NCBI GenBank assembly: GCA_039208735.1
Contig: JBCCQY010000210.1
Span: 1-13,093, forward strand
Direction: 5' to 3'
DNA from: Myxococcota bacterium
GTDB lineage: Bacteria; Myxococcota_A; UBA796; GCA-2862545
DNA: 13,093 nt
In this document: positions 7,650 through 13,093 of the stretch, piece after piece
How positions within the stretch are numbered: the first letter of the stretch is position 1
Layout of the letters: each line of letters starts with the position of its first letter
Program-made: the position numbers and the translations under genes
Notes under the pieces: generated by a model
What the model saw: the letters and a program-made list of their open reading frames with translations, nothing else
The model's database searches: none
Told to the model about the DNA's origin: nothing

Positions 7650-8395
7650 GCCGTCACGCTCGACGGCATCGACCACCCGCGCCATGGGTCGACGACGTGG
7701 GCATAGCGGCGAAAGAACAGGCCCGGCAGCGCGAGGCGAAAGAACACCGCGCGACGTTCGACGAGGCTGATGTTGGACGCCGTTCCGTGGCCGAGAAGGT
7801 AATTGGCGATGACGACGTCTCCGGCCTTCGTAGGCAGCTGAAGGGCCCGTCCCGGATCAATCTTGGGGCGACCTTGGCGCATACGTCGCCGGTCCTCGGC
7901 GAACCAGTCGCGCATGCGGGGCAAGCTCTGGGGCCAAACGGTGAAGTTGCCCGCCTCCTTCGACGGTGTAGTCGAAAGGAAGATCCCCACCAACGCCGTA
8001 AACGTCTGCAGGGAACGCGTGCCTATGCCGTTGTGGGGGTTTGCCACCCCGTCGATATGCCAGTCTGGCGGTTCAGGAGGTTCATTCGGGTGAATCGGGC
8101 GGATGGCGATTTGCCCCAGCGATGTGCCAAAGAGTCGCTGGAAGGGCAGTACCTGTTGAATGGCGTCGCGAACCCTTGGTGTCTGCAGCAAGCTCGTGAT
8201 GACCTTGGTCCGTCGCAGACGGGGGCACCAGGATCGATGCATGTATTCGAGCTTGCGGCGCGGGTCGTAATGGTGCTGGAGGTCATCGTCGATCGCCCGG
8301 TTGGCTCGAGCCAACGCTTCCCGGCCAATCATCTGGGGAAGTTGCACGAACCCGTGCTGTTGAAGGTGACTTACCCAGCCGACATCATCTTCCAT
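7646..8395 (-). CDS. Phytanoyl-CoA dioxygenase (PhyH)-family Fe(II)/2-oxoglutarate dioxygenase
   Basis: N-terminal HGFVQLP, HxD motif (WHIDG), GNFTVWPQS, AGDVVIANYLLGH (distal His) followed by N...R (2OG-binding Arg, ERR). Confidence 0.85.
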   Translation of the reverse strand: MEDDVGWVSHLQQHGFVQLPQMIGREALARANRAIDDDLQHHYDPRRKLEYMHRSWCPRLRRTKVITSLLQTPRVRDAIQQVLPFQRLFGTSLGQIAIRPIHPNEPPEPPDWHIDGVANPHNGIGTRSLQTFTALVGIFLSTTPSKEAGNFTVWPQSLPRMRDWFAEDRRRMRQGRPKIDPGRALQLPTKAGDVVIANYLLGHGTASNISLVERRAVFFRLALPGLFFRRYAHVVDPWRGWSMPSSVTA

Positions 8396-8492
8396 GATGA
8401 GGATGTAGCCTTGTCCGTACGGGTCCGCTCGGCCGGCACAACCGCGCTGTCGGCGATAGGACCGAACGTTGGACCCTGGAAGGAGACCGCCC
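8396..8492. promoter_or_regulatory. Divergent intergenic/promoter region between the PhyH gene and the HExxH gene
   Basis: 97-nt gap between head-to-head starts; contains CGGCGATAGG (8451-8460) and an AAGGAG SD. Confidence 0.5.
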
Positions 8493-9722
8493 GTGTGGCA
8501 CTACTTCGCGATGGCGGTCGCAGCCCCTCTCGACGACGCCGGACAATCCGCTCTTGACGAACTGCACAAGGATGTCCAGCGGATTCGCCAGGTGCCCTTC
8601 ACGAGGCCCCGTGGGCGCTCCATGTCGGTCGAAGAACTCCATCAGCACGAGGTTGACAGTTTGGCAGAGTGGATGAAGCCCGAAGACTGGCGCAGAGCAA
8701 GTCTCGCCCTTCGGGTTCTCGATCTTGCCGAGCCGGGGTTCGACCTCGAGCGGTCGCTCATTCGGTTGCTCGGTCAGGGGGTGCAGGGGTTTTACGATCC
8801 TGATGAACACGAATTGGTCATCGTAGATCGTCCCGGAGGCCTGCCCTGGCGCCAGGTCGCGGGTCATGAAATGGCGCATGCCCAACAGATGTCGCGGTTT
8901 GAGGCCTGGCCGACCCGGGTGCCTCGATTGGGTAACGATGACGTCGTCGCGGCCTTCGACGGGTTGCTCGAAGGGGAGGCGATGCTCATCGAGGTGGCCC
9001 TTTCTGGGGCCGAGCCGATGGTTGCGGATCTTCAGGCGCTGATTCCTGGTTTTTGGGTCCATTCCCCGGTCTTTCATCAGCCCGACGTACCGTCCGCGGT
9101 GTTGGAGTCGGTCGGCTATGCCTACACCTTCGGGGCCGAATTTGCGCAGAGCCTTCTCAAAGCGCGTGGGTGGGCCGCGTTCGATGACGCCTTCCGGCGA
9201 CCGCCGATTTCAACCGAACAAGTGCTCCACCCCGAGAAGTTTCGGGATCGGGACTGGCCCCAGCGGGTCCCGCTCGATGTGACCGAGGTTTTGGTGGACT
9301 ACGAGCTGGTCGAAGAGAACACGGTGGGTGAGCTTGGCATCGTGACGATGCTGCGGCAGTGGGGCTACCCCCGACAGGCCTGGATCGTGGCCTCGGGGTG
9401 GGATGGTGACCGCATGCAAGTGCTGGTGCGGGACGAGGAACTCGTGCTGGTGTGGCGGCTCGTCTGGGACACCCCAGAGGATGCCGAACGCTTTGTCACT
9501 CAGCTCCGTGACCGTTGGACGGTTGAGGAGGGGACTCGCATCGAGCGACGCGACACCCAGGTGGTGGTGCTGCGCGGGGTGCAAGAGTCTCACGTGGCCG
9601 AGGTCTTCCGGGAAGCGTGGCGCAGACGGACCCGCACCGTTCGTCGCATCGAGGCCCTGATCGACCGACAAGTGCTGCGGCGTTGGCGCCGCGACCAGCA
9701 ACGCCAAGCGCGCGACCGCTGA
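8493..9722 (+). CDS. Putative zinc metallopeptidase-like exported protein (HExxH; resembles the Hvo_1808/LpqM-like surface-protein group)
   Basis: GFYDP, HEMAHAQQ (8865-8879 encodes HEMAH), downstream EGEA (candidate third ligand), Y..G..F, PPISTEQVLHPEK, GELG, GWDGDR. Start moved from TTG 8469 to GTG 8493, which follows an AAGGAG SD. Family name is from recall, not a search. Confidence 0.75.
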   Translation: MWHYFAMAVAAPLDDAGQSALDELHKDVQRIRQVPFTRPRGRSMSVEELHQHEVDSLAEWMKPEDWRRASLALRVLDLAEPGFDLERSLIRLLGQGVQGFYDPDEHELVIVDRPGGLPWRQVAGHEMAHAQQMSRFEAWPTRVPRLGNDDVVAAFDGLLEGEAMLIEVALSGAEPMVADLQALIPGFWVHSPVFHQPDVPSAVLESVGYAYTFGAEFAQSLLKARGWAAFDDAFRRPPISTEQVLHPEKFRDRDWPQRVPLDVTEVLVDYELVEENTVGELGIVTMLRQWGYPRQAWIVASGWDGDRMQVLVRDEELVLVWRLVWDTPEDAERFVTQLRDRWTVEEGTRIERRDTQVVVLRGVQESHVAEVFREAWRRRTRTVRRIEALIDRQVLRRWRRDQQRQARDR

Positions 9723-9744
9723 ACCGGCGCATTACGAGGGCCCG

Positions 9745-11106
9745 ATGGCCAAATCAAAGACCCTGTTCGTCTGCTCGCAGTGTGAGTACTCGACCGCCAA
9801 GTGGCTCGGAAAATGCCCCGAATGCGGTGCGTGGAACAGCCTGGTGGAGCAGGCGCCTCCCACGAAGGCCCAGCAGCAACGTGCCAAGGCGGTGCCGAGT
9901 GCGGCGGTCAAACTCAACGAGGTACCCCTCGATCGGGGCGGCGACGTGCGTGTGCGCACGGGCATCGGAGAGTTGGATTCGGTGCTTGGCGGCGGTCTGG
10001 TGGCCGGCTCGCTCGTGTTGCTCGGTGGAGACCCCGGCATCGGGAAGTCCACGTTGTTGCTCATGGCGCTCGATGGATTTTCGCGACGGGGCATCGAGGT
10101 GTTGTACGCAAGCGGCGAGGAATCGACGCAGCAGGTGCGACTGCGGGCCCAGCGCCTCGGCATCGACGGCGAACACGTGTGGCTTGCCGCCGAGACGGAC
10201 TTCGCGCGCATTGCCGCGAGTATCGAGCAGCAGAAACCCCGGATTGCCGTGATTGACAGCGTTCAGACGGTCACGGTGCCTGAACTCACGTCGGTGCCCG
10301 GCTCGGTGGGCCAGGTCCGCGAAGTGGCGCATCGGTGCATGCAACTGGCCAAGGGCCAAGGCATTGCCGTGCTGCTCGTCGGTCATGTGACCAAGACTGG
10401 CGAACTCGCGGGCCCCAAGGTGCTTGAGCACCTCGTCGATACGGTGTTGCAGTTCGAAGGGGACCCCGACGCGGGCATTCGGGTGCTTCGCGCTGTGAAG
10501 AATCGCTTCGGCGCCGCCGGGGAACTCGGATTGTTCGAGATGACGGACGCAGGCCTTCGTGAGGTGCCCGACGCGTCGGTGCGATTGTTGGCCGAGCGGG
10601 CTCCCGAAGCGTCAGGCACCGCGGTGCTGTGTGCGGTGGAAGGATCGCGACCGGTGCTTGCCGAAATCCAAGCCCTCGTGGGGCGTCCCTCGCCGTCCAT
10701 TCCGGCGCGAACGTGTGTCGGGGTGGATCGGTCTCGGGTGCTCATGATCTGTGCAGTGTTGCAGAAAGCGGGTCTTCCCCTTCACGATCGGGATGTGTTC
10801 GTCAATGCCGCCGGGGGCCTGCGGCTTCAAGAGCCGGCGGCCGACCTGGCCATCCTCGCCGCCATCGCAAGCAGCCTCCTCGACCGGCCACTGCCCACCG
10901 ACGTCGCGTTGTTTGGCGAGGTCGGACTGGTCGGCGAACTGCGCGCCACCTCCCGAGCGGGGCAGCGCCTACGAGAGGCGGACCGGCACGGGTTTCGGCG
11001 GGTCATCGCACCCAAGCGAGCCGCCGCCGATGCGCCAGAATCGGTCACCCTGATCGGCTTGCGCACCGTTAGCGAGCTGTTGAGCTGGTTGCGCGAGGTG
11101 GGATAG
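9745..11106 (+). CDS. radA: DNA repair protein RadA/Sms
   Basis: C4 zinc finger CSQC...CPEC, Walker A GGDPGIGKST, SGEES, IDSVQT, GHVTK, KNRFG signature and a Lon-like C-terminal domain (GEVGLVGE). Confidence 0.97.
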   Translation: MAKSKTLFVCSQCEYSTAKWLGKCPECGAWNSLVEQAPPTKAQQQRAKAVPSAAVKLNEVPLDRGGDVRVRTGIGELDSVLGGGLVAGSLVLLGGDPGIGKSTLLLMALDGFSRRGIEVLYASGEESTQQVRLRAQRLGIDGEHVWLAAETDFARIAASIEQQKPRIAVIDSVQTVTVPELTSVPGSVGQVREVAHRCMQLAKGQGIAVLLVGHVTKTGELAGPKVLEHLVDTVLQFEGDPDAGIRVLRAVKNRFGAAGELGLFEMTDAGLREVPDASVRLLAERAPEASGTAVLCAVEGSRPVLAEIQALVGRPSPSIPARTCVGVDRSRVLMICAVLQKAGLPLHDRDVFVNAAGGLRLQEPAADLAILAAIASSLLDRPLPTDVALFGEVGLVGELRATSRAGQRLREADRHGFRRVIAPKRAAADAPESVTLIGLRTVSELLSWLREVG

Positions 11107-11138
11107 GACGAGGTCCACCCCCGGAATGCGAGTCCACC

Positions 11139-11639
11139 ATGTACCAGTCGTTCCCGCTGCTCTTGCTGCCGATTCTCGTCTACAACTTCATCGCATTCTA
11201 CGGCCAAATCCCGGGAATTCCCCTCGATGAGGTGTGGTGCGAAAAGGCATTCGGAACCGGGGTCCATGCGGTCTGTTGCCAGCTCGAAGACGCGCTGATT
11301 CGCATTCCGATGATTGCGCGGTTTCCCGACGGGGCCGGTAGCATCGGCGTTCGCGCCATCTGGCCGATCTCCGCGAGCGATCTGCTGTTGGGCTTTGGCC
11401 TCATCATGCTCTTCTTCGAGCTGTTGAAGTCGACGCAGACCCAGCGGGCGTCGTTGGTCAATCATGGGTTGTCATTGCTCGTGTTCGTCGCAGGGCTCAT
11501 CGAGTTCCTGCTGCTGCCGCAGTTCGCAACCTCAACCTTCTTCTTTCTCATGCTCATGGCGTTGCTCGACACCTTGGCCGGCTTCATCGTGACCGTGGCC
11601 ACCGCACGCCGAGACGTGTCGCTCGGCGACGCCCTTTAG
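11139..11639 (+). CDS. Conserved hypothetical multi-pass membrane protein
   Basis: About four hydrophobic segments. The motifs FPLLL.P...YN, LFFELLKST, NH.LS..VF...L.EFLL.P.FATSTFF and ARRD resemble an uncharacterised family I recall mainly from Alphaproteobacteria. Confidence 0.75.
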   Translation: MYQSFPLLLLPILVYNFIAFYGQIPGIPLDEVWCEKAFGTGVHAVCCQLEDALIRIPMIARFPDGAGSIGVRAIWPISASDLLLGFGLIMLFFELLKSTQTQRASLVNHGLSLLVFVAGLIEFLLLPQFATSTFFFLMLMALLDTLAGFIVTVATARRDVSLGDAL

Positions 11640-12397
11640 GCCTCCGTCGCGTCGAAGAGCCGCTTCCCAATTGGGTCCCAACCGGGGAGTGGCCTTCCGT
11701 CGAGTTCGATCACCGGCGCGAGCCAGCGGGTGGTGCTTGCTAGGTAGAGCCCGTCGAATGGTCCCTTAGCGAGAGCTCCTTGTCGAACGACGTCAATGCC
11801 CAGGTCGTTTGCGAGGCGAAGGAGCCGGGCCAACGTCGTGGAACGGAGGATTCGGCCATCCCAAGGGGCGGTCATCAGTCGGCCATCGATGGAGGCGAGC
11901 ACTGCACTCGAGGTGCCTTCGGTGAATCGCCCTGCCGCATCCACGAGCAGGATTTCGTCTGCGCCATGGCGTCGTAGGGCGACCATCCAGTCCATGCGGG
12001 ACCGGTGCTTCACCGACCCGTCGATCGCGCTGCCTTGCGGAAGCCAGGGCTGGGTGGCGCAGCGCACGGGGCGGCCACGGCGGCCGGTTTCCAGTGGGGT
12101 GGCCCAGACGATGCGTCGGCCGTCGCCCGTCAGCGTGATCCGTACCACCGCGTCGGCGCCGACCTGCTCGGCGACTCTCGCCACTTCTGCGCGCAACAGA
12201 TCATCGCCCGGATAGGAAATCATCGCCGCTGCGGCGGATTTCGATAGCCGCGTGAGATTGTCTGCGAGGTCCCTCCCAGGACCCAGCATCAGGGTCTCGA
12301 ACACCGAGTAGCCGTGCGTAAACCCCACATCTGTGATGGGAATGCGCGCCTCGGCGAGGGGCGTTCCGGTTCCATCGACGATTGCCCAACCGTCCAT
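11636..12397 (-). CDS. PLP-dependent fold-type IV enzyme (aminotransferase class IV / PabC-like)
   Basis: D.GF..G.SVFETL, L.RL..SA, Schiff-base Lys in VKHRSR, EGTSS, LMT.P...IL, STTR..PV..LDG. Start placed at ATG 12397 (GAGAGG SD-like upstream) rather than 12451. Confidence 0.85.
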   Translation of the reverse strand: MDGWAIVDGTGTPLAEARIPITDVGFTHGYSVFETLMLGPGRDLADNLTRLSKSAAAAMISYPGDDLLRAEVARVAEQVGADAVVRITLTGDGRRIVWATPLETGRRGRPVRCATQPWLPQGSAIDGSVKHRSRMDWMVALRRHGADEILLVDAAGRFTEGTSSAVLASIDGRLMTAPWDGRILRSTTLARLLRLANDLGIDVVRQGALAKGPFDGLYLASTTRWLAPVIELDGRPLPGWDPIGKRLFDATEA

Positions 12398-12495
12398 CCT
12401 GGCCTCTCTGCAAAGCCGCATCCGGTTGCATGCCCGTAGCGAGGGCATCATCGCGGCGATAGGGGTTCGGATAACTTCGCGCCGAGGGGCTTTGA
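12398..12495. promoter_or_regulatory. Divergent intergenic/promoter region between the fold-IV enzyme and the acyl-CoA dehydrogenase
   Basis: 98-nt gap between head-to-head starts; contains ATGCCC-N7-GGGCAT (12430-12448) and CGGCGATAGG (12454-12463). Confidence 0.5.
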
Positions 12496-13093
12496 ATGTC
12501 GACGTTCGAGGGTGTGGATTTCTACCGCATCGATGACCTGCTTTCCGACGAGGAGCGGTCGATCCGCGACACCGTGCGGGCGTGGGTCGATGAGAACGTG
12601 ATGCCGGTCATTGAATCCCACTATGAAGCGGGGACGTTTCCTCGCGATCTCGCGAGTAAGATGGGCGAGATGGGATTCCTCGGGTCAAACCTCGAGGGCT
12701 ACGACTGTCCGGGGCTCAACAACGTTTGCTACGGGCTCATCTGTCAGGAACTCGAACGGGGCGACTCCGCCATTCGGAGCTTTGCGTCGGTTCAAGGCTC
12801 GCTCGTGATGTTCCCGATCCATGCCTACGGCACCGAGGAGCAAAAGCAGAAGTGGCTGCCGGAGCTGGCCGCAGGACGCAGGATCGGGTGCTTCGGATTG
12901 ACCGAGCCCGACCATGGATCGAACCCCAATGGCATGGTCACGCGCGCCGAAGACCGTGGGGAGTACTACCTGCTCAACGGTGCCAAGATGTGGATCACCA
13001 ACGGCACCCTGGCCGATGTCGCGGTCGTTTGGGCCAAGCTGGACGGTGAAGTCCGCGGGTTTATCGTCGAGAAGGGCTTCGAGGGCTTCACGG
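12496..13093 (+). CDS. Acyl-CoA dehydrogenase, glutaryl-CoA dehydrogenase-like (partial, runs off the window)
   Basis: Manual translation from ATG 12496 (GAGGGG SD): MSTFEGVDFYRIDDLLSDEE...YGLICQELERGDSAIRSFASVQGSLVMFPIHAYG.EEQKQKWLP...GCFGLTEPDHGS...LNGAKMWITNG. The ERGDS..RS..SVQ.SL and GCFGLTEP segments are typical of the glutaryl-CoA dehydrogenase subfamily. Not in the ORF track. Confidence 0.9.
   Translation, partial: MSTFEGVDFYRIDDLLSDEERSIRDTVRAWVDENVMPVIESHYEAGTFPRDLASKMGEMGFLGSNLEGYDCPGLNNVCYGLICQELERGDSAIRSFASVQGSLVMFPIHAYGTEEQKQKWLPELAAGRRIGCFGLTEPDHGSNPNGMVTRAEDRGEYYLLNGAKMWITNGTLADVAVVWAKLDGEVRGFIVEKGFEGFT

Noticed and set aside
8433..8450. Sigma54-like GGCAC...GC element
   Set aside because: The GG-to-GC spacing is 9 nt rather than the required 10, and there is no TTGC.
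7541..9077. Overlapping ORFs 7541-8557 (+) and 8385-9077 (-)
   Set aside because: They are antisense to motif-bearing genes (PhyH, HExxH protein) and have no recognisable features.
12611..13049. ORF-track calls 12611-12808, 12685-12915 and 12726-13049
   Set aside because: Alternative frames of the acyl-CoA dehydrogenase, which starts at 12496 and runs off the window.
1..13093. CRISPR arrays, tRNA/rRNA, IS elements, tandem repeats, defence or toxin-antitoxin systems, frameshifted pseudogenes
   Set aside because: Nearly all of the sequence is accounted for by intact CDSs, and the gaps are 219 nt or less with no repeat arrays or RNA-gene signatures seen by eye. The kinase lacks the partner genes expected of known kinase-containing defence systems.

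Overview
GC-rich, gene-dense bacterial window; the gene content suggests a Myxococcota/deltaproteobacterial-like organism (inference). It contains 12 protein-coding genes, and I found no rRNA, tRNA, CRISPR array or mobile element. In order: a 3'-truncated multi-TM sensor histidine kinase (-, absent from the ORF track); a divergent 2-oxoacid:ferredoxin oxidoreductase alpha/beta pair plus a HAD-IIB hydrolase (+); a convergent three-gene unit (-) of a PhyH-family Fe(II)/2OG dioxygenase, a D-2-hydroxyacid dehydrogenase and a Hanks-type kinase; an HExxH metallopeptidase-like protein, radA and a small membrane protein (+); a PLP fold-IV enzyme (-); and a 3'-truncated glutaryl-CoA-dehydrogenase-like gene (+, absent from the ORF track). 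The best candidate for something new is the kinase and its operon. It has a non-canonical catalytic loop (HRDVTASN), a possible L7/L12-ClpS-like domain, a TM hairpin with no external sensor domain and a long C-terminal coiled coil. Also notable are an identical 10-mer exactly 42 nt upstream of two different start codons, and two identical TTAG stop-stop overlaps. All functional links are inferences made without database searches.
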